From: Fibrobacter succinogenes
Lineage (GTDB): Bacteria; Fibrobacterota; Fibrobacteria; Fibrobacterales; Fibrobacteraceae
Length of the DNA: 46,026 nucleotides
Assembly (NCBI GenBank): GCA_902795385.1
Contig: CADBLC010000002.1
Coordinates: 1-46,026, forward strand
Reading direction: 5' to 3'
Every line of letters starts with the position of its first letter. The stretch's first letter is position 1. Position numbers and translations under genes: made by a program. Under the pieces are notes generated by a model. It ran no database searches, had not been told where the DNA came from, and saw only the letters and a list, made by a program, of their open reading frames with translations. Positions 1 through 9,551 of this stretch are shown piece by piece.

Positions 1-61
1 CCATGTCGATGGCGAACGGGTCATCGGTGAAGTTGCCGGTCACGATAAAACGATCTGACAT
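1..61 (-). CDS. prs: 5' end of a gene running off the window edge, probably ribose-phosphate diphosphokinase
   Basis: ATG at 61 reads MSDRFIVTGNFTDDPFAIDM with a GAAGG SD-like sequence upstream. Only 20 codons are visible; the product is from recollection of the Fibrobacter PRPP synthetase N-terminus. Confidence 0.5.
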   Translation of the reverse strand, partial: MSDRFIVTGNFTDDPFAIDM

Positions 62-148
62 ATTTGCGCCTTCTTAAAGAGGTTGTTTTCTGGTAGCACC
101 AAATATAGATAGAAACTACCGCAGTTTCAACTTATAAAAGGGCGAAAC

Positions 149-1225
149 CTACATCCAAGACTGAAGTCCGACCATATCTCCAAGACAATCCCAAAAAGCT
201 TCCCTCGAATCGGCATAAATGTATTCGTCGGCTTCTGCTCCAATCACCGTTTCATAGTCATCGTCGTAATCGTGGTAAATCTTAAGATTATCCACCAATT
301 CCGACTTGCAGGTCTTTTCAGAAATCTGCTCAAAACCATAATGGAAACTGCACGTTTTCCCGTCATATTCGAGATCAAAACTAACATCCAGATTCCGGAA
401 GTAGTTAATCTCGGTCTTTATATTCGAGAAAACAACGCTCTTTCCATTAACCTTGAATGCAGCCACCTCCGCATCTTCAGCAACCGCCTTAACATCAATG
501 GACGTGCTGTCAAAGAAAGACTCGGGCGCTAAGTAACCGACAGACACAGCCCTTTGGGAATAGAAGTCTTCACCATTATTGCCTATATGAAATAAAATTG
601 TTTGCGCAAGAATAGATTTGCCAAAAGAATATTTGCTGTTAGGGACTTCCTCCATCAAGAAGGAATCCTCCCCAACAGACATCAGAGAAAGGACATTGTT
701 CATGAAAGGATTTACATAGGTGTGGGGATCTTCATGATACGAGGTAACGTATTCCCATGTTCCCAAGATTCCCCGATGAGAATCCGAGACAAACACATCC
801 ACAGCATGTAAGGTATCGCCCGAACTTTCGGCATCATAATCGTTAACTTTTTCATCAGGAGATCCAACCAATTCCTCGGTACTCTTTATTATCAAGGTAT
901 CCCCATGAATACTGTACCTGTATGTAATCGCGAGCTTGATTCGGTTGGGTTTCCACGCCAAATGATTATCATCAGGTCCCGAACAACTTCCGGCTTCATA
1001 GGCAACAACATACGTTAAAACGCTGTCAGCCTCGTTCAAGGAAAAGGAAACACATTCAACATTTTCCAAGCCGGCATATTTTTTAATAATACACTTGCCC
1101 GGCACAAGCGCAGACGCTCCGGCACCATCAGAAAATTCACCGGCGTTGCTGCTGGAATCGTCCCCGCAGGCCACAAAGGCGAACGGAATTAGACAAAATA
1201 AAGCTTTAAAGATAACGTTTTTCAT
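149..1225 (-). CDS. Hypothetical lipoprotein
   Basis: Start moved to MKNVIFKALFCLIPFAFVACGDDSSSN (signal peptide, lipobox FVAC, Ser-rich linker); the longer ORF start overlaps lysA. Confidence 0.8.
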   Translation of the reverse strand: MKNVIFKALFCLIPFAFVACGDDSSSNAGEFSDGAGASALVPGKCIIKKYAGLENVECVSFSLNEADSVLTYVVAYEAGSCSGPDDNHLAWKPNRIKLAITYRYSIHGDTLIIKSTEELVGSPDEKVNDYDAESSGDTLHAVDVFVSDSHRGILGTWEYVTSYHEDPHTYVNPFMNNVLSLMSVGEDSFLMEEVPNSKYSFGKSILAQTILFHIGNNGEDFYSQRAVSVGYLAPESFFDSTSIDVKAVAEDAEVAAFKVNGKSVVFSNIKTEINYFRNLDVSFDLEYDGKTCSFHYGFEQISEKTCKSELVDNLKIYHDYDDDYETVIGAEADEYIYADSREAFWDCLGDMVGLQSWM

Positions 1226-1241
1226 ATTCGCAAATTTAAAT

Positions 1242-1271
1242 AAAAAACCGACAAATTGAATTGCCGGTTTT
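1242..1271 (-). terminator. Intrinsic terminator after lysA
   Basis: AAAAAACCGACAA-N6-TTGCCGGTTTT stem with a G-U pair on the minus strand and a U-run, just downstream of the lysA stop. Confidence 0.6.
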
Positions 1272-1307
1272 GAATAATTTTTAGCGAGCAACGAAGTTAT
1301 ACGCCGC

Positions 1308-2541
1308 TTATAAATCGATAATCTTATCGTTCTGCAAGAGTTGTTCGAACGTCTGGCGCTCGCGAATGACCTTGAGTTCACCGTTGGTGTACATGGTCTC
1401 GGCGGCGTAGCGGCGGCTGTTGTAGTTGCTGCTCATGGCGGCACCGTAGGCGCCGGCGTCATGGAGAATCAGCAAGTCGCCGACCTTGGCCTTCGGGAGC
1501 TTGCGCGTTACCACGAAGCCGCCTTCTTCCTGCGTGAACACGTCACCGGATTCGCAAAGCGGGCCTGCCACCACAGCGTCGACCATCTCGTTCATATCGC
1601 GACCGTCGCGGGCGATGATGGAAATGCCGTGATAGCTACCGTAGAAACTCGGGCGAACGAGGTCGGTAAAGCCAGCGTCAAGCAGGTAGAACAAGTTATC
1701 GCCCTGTTTTTTGACGGCGCGGATTTCGGCCATCAGGTAACCGCTTTCGGCCACCAGGTAGCGTCCCGGTTCGACTTCCAGGTGAACCTCGTGGCCGATG
1801 CTCTGCTGGATGTTCTTGCGGGCCTTGTCCCACAGGTCGTAGTAGGCCTGCATGTCGATGCGGTTGCCCTTGTCTTCTTCGTGGTACGGAATCGGGAGGC
1901 CGCCCCCTGCACTGATGGTGCGGAGGTGAGAGCCCAGGCGGCGGCTAGCGTCCACCATGGCGTCGCAAACCTGCGAGAGGTGTGTGGAGTCCTGTGATCC
2001 ACATGCCGTTTGCCTGCGCGAGCTTGACGCAGTCCTTGATCTGCTCGTGCCACACGCCGTGCTTGCTGAGCGGGCCGCCGGTATTCACCTTGCTCGAATG
2101 CCCGTGACCGAAACCCGGGTTCACGCGGAGCGTGAGTTCCGACCTCACGCCGAAATCGGCGAGCTGCTGGATCATGTCGGGCGAACCCACGTTCACCGCG
2201 ATGTCGTACTTCTTCACGAGTTCAAGCGCGTCGTGGTCAAAAATATCTGCGGTGTAGACAATCTCAGGAGCCTTGCCCTTCTGGACACCGCCCTTGAAAC
2301 CCGCCTTGAGGGCGCGGACGATTTCACCGGCAGAGACGGCATCGACCACGCCGCCGAGTTTGCGCACGAGCGCCACGATGGAGAGGTTCGGGCATGCCTT
2401 CTGGGCAAAACGCACGGTGTCGAATACCTGGACTTCCTTCACGCGCTTCTCGATGGTGGCGCGGTCATAAATCCAGAGGGGGGTGCCGTACTGTTCAGCA
2501 GCCTTCACAAAAACTTCTTGGGGAATAGAATAGTTTGCCAT
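1308..2541 (-). pseudogene. lysA: Diaminopimelate decarboxylase, frameshifted by a small deletion near 1984
   Basis: N-half has FAQKA (PLP lysine) and LRVNPGFGHGH; C-half has GGG, EPGRY, GPLCESGD, GAYG and SNYN. The halves are in different frames and the expected HMHIGSG segment is missing after WITGLH. Confidence 0.9.
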
Positions 2542-2560
2542 GGGGACAAATTTAGTTTTT

Positions 2561-2590
2561 AGACGAGAGACGAGAGACGAGAGACGAGAG
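2561..2590. repeat. 7-bp tandem repeat (AGACGAG)x4
   Basis: agacgagagacgagagacgagagacgagag directly upstream of the lysA start. Confidence 0.85.
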
Positions 2591-2647
2591 AAAATGGCAC
2601 ATATAAGCAAGTCGGAAACGGCCCCTCGCCCACAATATTACATAAAA

Positions 2648-3040
2648 TTAGACGTGCTTGATCTTGTTGTCGCCAGCGTCCCAGTTCTTGCCGTCGCATA
2701 CGAACTTGTATTCGTAGTCGCCAGCGGCGAGAGACATCTTGGCTGTCCAAAGACCGGTCTTCTTGTCCTTCTTGAGCATGTCCTTATCGACAGCCCAGTT
2801 GTTGAACGTACCGGCAACAGAGACGGTCGTTGCGAGCGGGCAATCAGCGACGAATTCCACCGCGACCTTCTTCGGGGCGGCAGCCTTCGGGGCGGCCTTC
2901 TTGGCCGGAGCCTTTTCGACAGCCTTCTTGGCAGCAGGCTTTGCACACGCCTTGGCGCAAGCCTTCTTTTCGGCGGCCGGCTTGGCGGCAGCCTTCTTGG
3001 CGGGGGCCTTTGCGGCCTTGTTTGCGGTTGTTTTTGTCAT
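2648..3040 (-). CDS. Ala/Lys/Pro-rich (PAKKA) N-terminus fused to an AMPK-beta/CBM48-like glycogen-binding domain
   Basis: AKAPAKKAAAKPA repeats followed by VSVAGTFNNW...GLW...L..GDYEYKFVCDGKNW; SD GGAG upstream. Confidence 0.8.
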   Translation of the reverse strand: MTKTTANKAAKAPAKKAAAKPAAEKKACAKACAKPAAKKAVEKAPAKKAAPKAAAPKKVAVEFVADCPLATTVSVAGTFNNWAVDKDMLKKDKKTGLWTAKMSLAAGDYEYKFVCDGKNWDAGDNKIKHV

Positions 3041-3151
3041 TTTTTTAATCTCCTACTTGTCTGACGAAGCAAAATTAGTAAAAAAGGGGGGCCGTGGCTA
3101 GCTTTTATATGTTTTTTTGTTTAGTTTAAATTAAGCCATTCGGAGGTTTGC

Positions 3152-4428
3152 ATGACACTGATGATAATCCAGCTATTGATTGTACTGCTCGCACTCTATG
3201 TAGGCTCACGCTACGGGAGCCTCGCGCTTGGCGCCATCTCGGGCATCGGCCTTGCGATTCTGGTTCTCGGGTTCGGGCTGCAGCCGGGCAAGCCCCCTAC
3301 CGACGTTATCTACATCATCATTGCGGCCGTGACCTGCGCCGGCATCATGCAGGCCTCCGGGGGCATGGATTGGCTTATCCAGATTGCGGAGAGGCTCCTG
3401 CGTAAGCACCCGAACCACATCACGATTCTCGCCCCGCTCTGCACGTTCTTCCTCACAGTTCTCGTGGGTACCGGGCACGTCGTGTACACCTTGATGCCCA
3501 TCATCTGCGATATTTCCCTTAAAAAGGGCATCCGCCCGGAACGCCCCTGCGGTGTCGCCTCCGTCGCCTCCCAAGTGGGCATCACTTGCTCGCCCATCGC
3601 CGCCGCAGTCGCCTCCTTCGTAATCATCTCTAACGCGAACGGCTTCGAAGTCAACAACCTGCAAGTCATCGCAATTACGATTCCCGCCTGCATTTGCGGC
3701 CTCATGGCCGCGGCCGCCGTCTCGTACAAGCGCGGACTCGACCTCGATAAAGACCCCGCCTTCCAAGCCCGCCTAAAAGACCCGCAGATGAAGGAATACA
3801 TGTACGGCAGCACCGCCTCCGTTGTTCCAGATTATCGGCCACGATATCCGCCCGCAATTCCCCACCGGCAAGGTCGTCGACGGCGTGGCACAGGTAAAAC
3901 CGCTCGCCATGAACATCATCATCCAGATTGTGATGATAACGGCGGCCGCGTTCATGATTATCTGCTGCAAGGCGAGCCCCAAAAAAGCCGTCTCAGGCGC
4001 CGTGTGGCAAAGTGGCATGGTCGCCGTTGTCGCCATTTACGGAATCGCCTGGCTTGCCGACACCTACTTCGCGAACTACATGGACGTGATGCAGGGCGGC
4101 CTCAAGGACATCGTGCAGCATTACCCGTGGGCCATCGCGTTCGCGGAGCGTGCTCATCAACTCACAGGGCGCCGTCGTGGTCGCCATGCTCCCGCTCGCC
4201 TACAGCCTCGGCATCGAAGGCCCGGTGCTCCTGGGCGTGCTGCCAAGCGTGTACGGGTACTTCTTCATCCCGAACTACCCCTCCGATATCGCGACCGTGA
4301 ACTTCGACCGTTCGGGCACTACCGTCATTGGCAAGTACCTGCTGAACCACAGCTTTATGCTACCGGGCCTTACGAGCGTCATCGTCTCGACTATCGTCGG
4401 AACACTGCTCGTGAAGATTTTCTACTAA
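3152..4428 (+). pseudogene. Anaerobic C4-dicarboxylate transporter (DcuA/DcuB family) with two frameshifting deletions (~3823, ~4147)
   Basis: GTGHVVY, RPERP, ASQVGITCSPIAAA, GIAWLADT and [32 protein letters not shown] are spread over three frames; SD GGAGG upstream. Confidence 0.85.
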
Positions 4429-4466
4429 AATTGCCTATTTTAGGTTGCCTATTTTAGGCAATTTTT
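4427..4466. terminator. Bidirectional terminator between convergent genes, containing a 14-bp tandem duplication
   Basis: AAAATTGCCT...AGGCAATTTT inverted repeat; TTGCCTATTTTAGG occurs twice in tandem (4431-4458). Confidence 0.55.
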
Positions 4467-4469
4467 GGT

Positions 4470-5078
4470 TTATCGTGAAACGCAACGCACCGAGCGGAAA
4501 TCCCCCTTCGGGAACGCGTTCATGTTTGTCGACTTGCTGCTGAAATCCAGGAACAGATAATACGCGAGATCGTCGGGCGTTGTCGATGCACTCCAGAAGT
4601 AGGCGTAGCCGCCAATGCCGTCGTATTTCGCAGCGCGCTCCGACTCAGCATCGCCCGGGACCTCGACGGCACCGCGGTAACCTGCGGGCAGTGCATTAAA
4701 GCCGAGCGCGTCGGTGCCGTTTCCCTTCTTGAACCAGCCACTGGTAGCCTTGAGGGATTCACCAGCCTGCGCAGCACCGCCCGCCTCCACGACAAGTGAA
4801 GCGTACTCCGCGCTATCCGGGAGATGCCAGCCTCCGGGGCAAGCCACTCGCGCATCGTCCCAGGTATAGAGCCGCCCGTACTTATCGCAGTTGCGGCTGT
4901 CGTCTTCTGGGCACACGCTACCCTCGGTCGCGAAATTCAGGTTCTCCGCAAACCAGGTGAGGCCACCAATCTTCACTACGTCGTAGCTCTGGCCATCGCG
5001 CGGGTCGGTAAACGACTCGGAACAGGCAGCAAGAAGCACTGCGAAAAGAACGGGGATGGCAGAGAATGCGCGACGCAT
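4470..5078 (-). CDS. Fibrobacter succinogenes major paralogous (FISUMP) domain lipoprotein
   Basis: Lipobox LAAC, then FTDPRDGQSY..VKIG...WFAENLNF, YGRLYTW, CPGGWHLP, GFNALPAGYR and SVRCV. Confidence 0.9.
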   Translation of the reverse strand: MRRAFSAIPVLFAVLLAACSESFTDPRDGQSYDVVKIGGLTWFAENLNFATEGSVCPEDDSRNCDKYGRLYTWDDARVACPGGWHLPDSAEYASLVVEAGGAAQAGESLKATSGWFKKGNGTDALGFNALPAGYRGAVEVPGDAESERAAKYDGIGGYAYFWSASTTPDDLAYYLFLDFSSKSTNMNAFPKGDFRSVRCVSR

Positions 5079-5230
5079 GGGGAAAAAAATAATAAACGAT
5101 TCCGCCCTGTTCGGCCATTCCATGCGCATTGCCGCCTGTTTCCTGCACGAACCAGAAAATGAGTTTTTGAGGCTTATAAAATGCACGGCAAGTTGTATAT
5201 TTTAGTTGAAATATTTTATAGGCGGTATTT

Positions 5231-6979
5231 ATGCTGATGGAAAAGATTGCATCCCCTGCAGATGTGAAGAAGATGGACATGAGCGAGCTCAAGGTGCTCG
5301 CAGCCGAAATCCGCACGGCGCTCCTGAACAAGATTTCCAAATGTGGCGGGCACCTGGCGCCGAATCTCGGATTCGTGGAACCGACCATCGCACTGCATTA
5401 CGTTTTTGAATCGCCCAAGGACAAGATTGTCTACGACGTCAGCCACCAGAGCTACACGCACAAGATTCTGACAGGCCGCGCCGAGGCGTTCCTGAATCCG
5501 GAAAAGTACTGGAGCGTCACGGGCTATACCGAACCTTGCGAAAGCGAACATGACCACTTTATGATAGGCCATACATCGACTTCGGTGAGCTTGGCTCTCG
5601 GACTTGCCACCGCCCGCGACATCAAGGGCGAATCGGGCAACGTGATTGCCGTAATCGGCGACGGTTCCTTGAGTGGCGGCGAAGCGTTCGAAGGGCTCGA
5701 CAACGCGGGCGAATACGCGACGAACTTTATTGTGGTGGTGAACGACAACGAGATGTCCATCGCCGAAAACCACGGCGGCCTTTACGGGAGCCTCGCGGAA
5801 CTCCGAGCCACGCAGGGCAAGAGCGAAAACAACTATTTCAAGAGCCTCGGATTCGACTACCTGTATGAAGAACAAGGTAACGACATCGAATCGCTCATCG
5901 CCGCATTCCAGCAGGTGAAGGATTCCACTAAACCCGTGGTCGTGCACATCCACACGCTCAAGGGCAAGGGCTACAGCTTCGCCGAGAACGCGAAGGAAGG
6001 CTTCCACTGGGCAGCACCATTCGATATCCCGACCGGCGTCATCAACTGGGGCAGCGGCGAATCGTATGGCGGCATCCTCGGCGACTACCTGATGAAGAAA
6101 ATCAAGGCCGACCCGAAAGTCGTCGTGATTCATTCCGCAGTGCCTGCAGGCATCGGGTTCTTTGCCGAGCAGCGCAAGGAAGCGGGCAAGCAGTTTATTG
6201 ACGTGGGCATCGCCGAAGAGCACGCGGTCGCGCTCGCATCAGGCCTCGCGAAAGGCGGTGCAAAGCCTGTGTACAGCACGCACGGCACGTTCATCCAGCG
6301 CACCTACGACCAGCTTTCGCAGGACCTCTGCGCAAATAACAATCCGGCGACGATTCTCGTGACCATGTCGGGCGCCGACGGCATGAACGACACCACGCAC
6401 CTCTGCATTTTCGACATCCCGATGATGTGCAACATCCCGAACCTGGTGTACCTCTGCCCCACTTGCGTGGAAGAGGCTATCGCCATGATGGATTACGCCA
6501 TTGACCAGACGGAACACCCGATGGCCATCCGCATCCCGAATGGCGTAACGCACCGTCGCGAGGAATTCGACAAGGATTACTCCAAGCTGAACACGTACAA
6601 AGTCGACAAGCGCGGAAGCAAAGTCGCACTAATCGGTCTCGGCAGCTACCACGCCCTCGCCGAAGAAGAAACCGCAGAACTGGCAAAGCAGGGAATCAAC
6701 GCGACCATCGTCAACCCGCGTTTTGCGACAGGCATCGACGAGCAAACGCTCGCGAGCCTCGAGAAAGACCATCAGGTTGTCGTGACGCTCGAAAATGGCG
6801 TCATCGACGGAGGCTTCGGCGAAAAGATTGCCCGCTTCTACGGCAACACAAGCATGCGCGTACTCGTAAAGGGCCTCAAGAAGGAATTCTACGACAAGGT
6901 CCCCTACGGGCAGCTCATGGAACGTAACCGCCTCACGCCCAAGCAAATCGCTGAAGACGTGATGGCCGCACTGAATTAA
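5231..6979 (+). CDS. dxs: 1-deoxy-D-xylulose-5-phosphate synthase
   Basis: GGHLAPNLG, DVSHQSY.HKILTGR, GHTSTS, TPP motif GDGSLSGG...NDN, and DVGIAEEHA. Confidence 0.92.
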   Translation: MLMEKIASPADVKKMDMSELKVLAAEIRTALLNKISKCGGHLAPNLGFVEPTIALHYVFESPKDKIVYDVSHQSYTHKILTGRAEAFLNPEKYWSVTGYTEPCESEHDHFMIGHTSTSVSLALGLATARDIKGESGNVIAVIGDGSLSGGEAFEGLDNAGEYATNFIVVVNDNEMSIAENHGGLYGSLAELRATQGKSENNYFKSLGFDYLYEEQGNDIESLIAAFQQVKDSTKPVVVHIHTLKGKGYSFAENAKEGFHWAAPFDIPTGVINWGSGESYGGILGDYLMKKIKADPKVVVIHSAVPAGIGFFAEQRKEAGKQFIDVGIAEEHAVALASGLAKGGAKPVYSTHGTFIQRTYDQLSQDLCANNNPATILVTMSGADGMNDTTHLCIFDIPMMCNIPNLVYLCPTCVEEAIAMMDYAIDQTEHPMAIRIPNGVTHRREEFDKDYSKLNTYKVDKRGSKVALIGLGSYHALAEEETAELAKQGINATIVNPRFATGIDEQTLASLEKDHQVVVTLENGVIDGGFGEKIARFYGNTSMRVLVKGLKKEFYDKVPYGQLMERNRLTPKQIAEDVMAALN

Positions 6980-7007
6980 CCATTTTCAAAAATCCCTAGA
7001 GGTCCCA

Positions 7008-8954
7008 ATGACGAACAATGTCCTCAAAATCGCTATTCTAGGCTGCGGTCACATCGCAACGAAGATGGCCAAGGCCGTCAAGGCGCTCGAAACGCGAAAC
7101 ATGGGCGTAGAATGTTATGCAGTCGCATCGCGCACGCTTGACAAGGCGAAACAATTTGCCGCCGAATACGGCTTCGGCCGCGCCTACGGCAGCTACGAGG
7201 AGCTCGTCCAGGACGCGGACGTGGATTTGATTTACATCGCGACCCCTCACTCCGAGCATTACAACAACATCTTGCTTTGCCTAGAGCACAACAAGAACCT
7301 GCTCGTGGAGAAAGCCTTTACCGCGAACGCCCTGATGGCATCAGAAGTAATCGCACTCGCCGAAGAGAAGGGCGTGTTCATGTGCGAAGCCATGTGGACC
7401 CGCTTTTTGCCCGCGGTGCAGATGGTGAAGGACTGGATTTTGGCCGGGAAGATTGGCAAGGTCGAAAGCGTGGAGGCAGACTTCTCGATGCCGCTTTCGC
7501 ATATCGAAAGATTGAAAAATCCCGCGCTTGCAGGCGGCGCACTCCTGGATTTGGGAATATACAGCCTCACGTTCGCAGACATCTTCTTGACAGATGAGGA
7601 AATTTGCAAAGAGATCCCCGCCTCCGCGGGGATGACATCGAGTGGGAACGGCACAGCGAATCATATCGTGCAGACAAAAACAAAGTGCGTCAAGTTCCAT
7701 ACGGGCGTCGATGCCACAGACTGGATTGATCTAGTCTATGCGAACGGTCAGGTTGCGCACCTAAAAACATCTATGGTGGCCCCGCTCAAGAACGAAGGCG
7801 TCATCTACGGTACCGAAGGCTTTATCCGTGTGCAGAACCTCAACGACATGGTCGAAATCCAGCTATTCGACGTTGCCGGAACGCTCGTAGAATCCGTGCA
7901 GCCGCCCCGCATTGAGAACTGCTACGAATACGAAGTGCTGGGCTGCAAGGCCGCCCTCGAGAAGGGCTTGATGGAATGCCCCGAGATGCCGCACAGCAAG
8001 ACCATGCAGATGATGACGCAGATGGACTCGCTCCGCGCGCAGTGGGGTGTAAGTTACCCGTTCGAGCTCAGCCCGGGAGAAGTCTGGGACCGCAGTGGCG
8101 ACAAGTCGTTTCTCGAAGTTTATGACATCGAGACCGGCGAATCAAAACTGCTCAAGGAATTCGACTGCGTTATCGAAGCGCCCAACTGGAGCGCCGACGG
8201 CAAATTCCTCACGTACAACAGCGAAGGGCGAATCTACAAATTCGAAATCGCCACGGGCGCCATCACCGAAGTCCCGAGTCACTTCGTGAACAACTGCAAC
8301 AACGACCATGTACTCGCCCCCGACTGCACCGGGCTCTACGTGAGTCACCACACCAAGGAAGACGGCCTTTCGCGCATCTACAAAATTTTCTTCGACGGCC
8401 GCACGCCGGAACTCGTGACGCCGCTAGCCCCAAGCTACCTGCACGGCGTTACCGCCGACGGCAAGATGCTCGCCTACTGCGCCGAACGTGATGGCGAATA
8501 CGACATCTACACGATTCCCGCTGCCGGCGGGAACGAGACGCAACTCACGACCGCGTTCGGGCTGAACGATGGTCCGGAATACGACTGCGACGGGGAATAC
8601 ATCTGGTTCAACTCGGTACGCACGGGCCGCATGCAGGCCTGGCGCATGAAGGCCGACGGTTCCGAACAAACGCAGATGACGTTCGATGCGCATTGGAATA
8701 CTTGGTTCCCGCACATTTCGCCCGACCGCGAAAAGGTCGTGATGCTCGCCTACCACGAGCGCGACGTGCGCCCCGGCGAACACGTGCCCAACAAGAACGT
8801 GGAAATCCGGCTGATGACCGGCAGCGACGAAACCGGATGGAGCGAGCCCCGCACCATTCTAAAGCTCTTCGGCGGCCAGGGCACCATCAACGTGAACTCC
8901 TGGGCCCCCGACAGCAAGCGCTTTGCCTACGTACGGTACGAGAAGGGAAAATAA
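7008..8954 (+). CDS. Gfo/Idh/MocA oxidoreductase fused to a C-terminal TolB-like (PD40) beta-propeller
   Basis: GCGHIA Rossmann motif, YIATPH, EKAF and GGALLDLGIY; from about residue 365, APNWSADGK, FPHISPD and VNSWAPD repeats. Confidence 0.85.
   Translation: MTNNVLKIAILGCGHIATKMAKAVKALETRNMGVECYAVASRTLDKAKQFAAEYGFGRAYGSYEELVQDADVDLIYIATPHSEHYNNILLCLEHNKNLLVEKAFTANALMASEVIALAEEKGVFMCEAMWTRFLPAVQMVKDWILAGKIGKVESVEADFSMPLSHIERLKNPALAGGALLDLGIYSLTFADIFLTDEEICKEIPASAGMTSSGNGTANHIVQTKTKCVKFHTGVDATDWIDLVYANGQVAHLKTSMVAPLKNEGVIYGTEGFIRVQNLNDMVEIQLFDVAGTLVESVQPPRIENCYEYEVLGCKAALEKGLMECPEMPHSKTMQMMTQMDSLRAQWGVSYPFELSPGEVWDRSGDKSFLEVYDIETGESKLLKEFDCVIEAPNWSADGKFLTYNSEGRIYKFEIATGAITEVPSHFVNNCNNDHVLAPDCTGLYVSHHTKEDGLSRIYKIFFDGRTPELVTPLAPSYLHGVTADGKMLAYCAERDGEYDIYTIPAAGGNETQLTTAFGLNDGPEYDCDGEYIWFNSVRTGRMQAWRMKADGSEQTQMTFDAHWNTWFPHISPDREKVVMLAYHERDVRPGEHVPNKNVEIRLMTGSDETGWSEPRTILKLFGGQGTINVNSWAPDSKRFAYVRYEKGK
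7611..7637. repeat. 27-bp REP-like palindrome inserted in frame in the oxidoreductase
   Basis: GAGATCCCCGCCTCCGCGGGGATGACA (encodes EIPASAGMT); differs by one base from the intergenic copy at 16577-16603. Confidence 0.8.
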
Positions 8955-8985
8955 ATAAATATATTGTCCTAAAAAAGGAGCCATT

Positions 8986-9549
8986 ATGCGCAAGAATCTC
9001 GGAGTCAAGGCATTCCTGTACCCGCAACCCACTCTGGTCATCGCGACCTACAACGAAGACGGTTCCACGAATGCGATGGTGGCCGCCTGGGGCAGCATCA
9101 GCGACACGAACCAGGTGGCGATTTACGTGGCCAAGAGCCACAAGACCATGCCGAACATTCTCGCCCGCAAGGCGTTTACGGTGAGCATGGCGACCGCCAA
9201 GGTTATCAAGGCGATTGACTATCTGGGCGTCACCAGCGGCAACAAGGTCGCCGACAAGTTCTCGAAATCGGGCCTGACATCCGTCAAGAGCGAAAACGTG
9301 GACGCCCCGCTGATTGCGGAACTCCCGCTCGCGCTCGAATGCAAGCTCGTGAGCTACGACGACGAATCGGAACTCCTGCTCGGCGAAATCGTGAATGTGA
9401 CCGCCGACGAATCCGTGCTTGATGCGGAAGGCAAACTTTCCGTGGAAAAGATGGAACCGGTTTGCTACGACTCCGCAGGCCACGGCTATTACGTGATGGA
9501 ACGCCGCGTAGGCAACGCCTTCAGCGACGGGAAAAACTTCCAGGGATAA
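8986..9549 (+). CDS. Flavin reductase family (flavoredoxin-like) protein
   Basis: YPQP.LVIATY, NAM.AAWG, DYLG..SG, AP.I.E.PLALECK and GEIV; SD GGAG. Confidence 0.88.
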   Translation: MRKNLGVKAFLYPQPTLVIATYNEDGSTNAMVAAWGSISDTNQVAIYVAKSHKTMPNILARKAFTVSMATAKVIKAIDYLGVTSGNKVADKFSKSGLTSVKSENVDAPLIAELPLALECKLVSYDDESELLLGEIVNVTADESVLDAEGKLSVEKMEPVCYDSAGHGYYVMERRVGNAFSDGKNFQG

Positions 9550-9551
9550 GT

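Noticed and set aside
1965-2000. Programmed ribosomal frameshift in lysA
   Set aside because: There is no slippery site, and conserved residues are missing, so frameshifting would not restore the enzyme.
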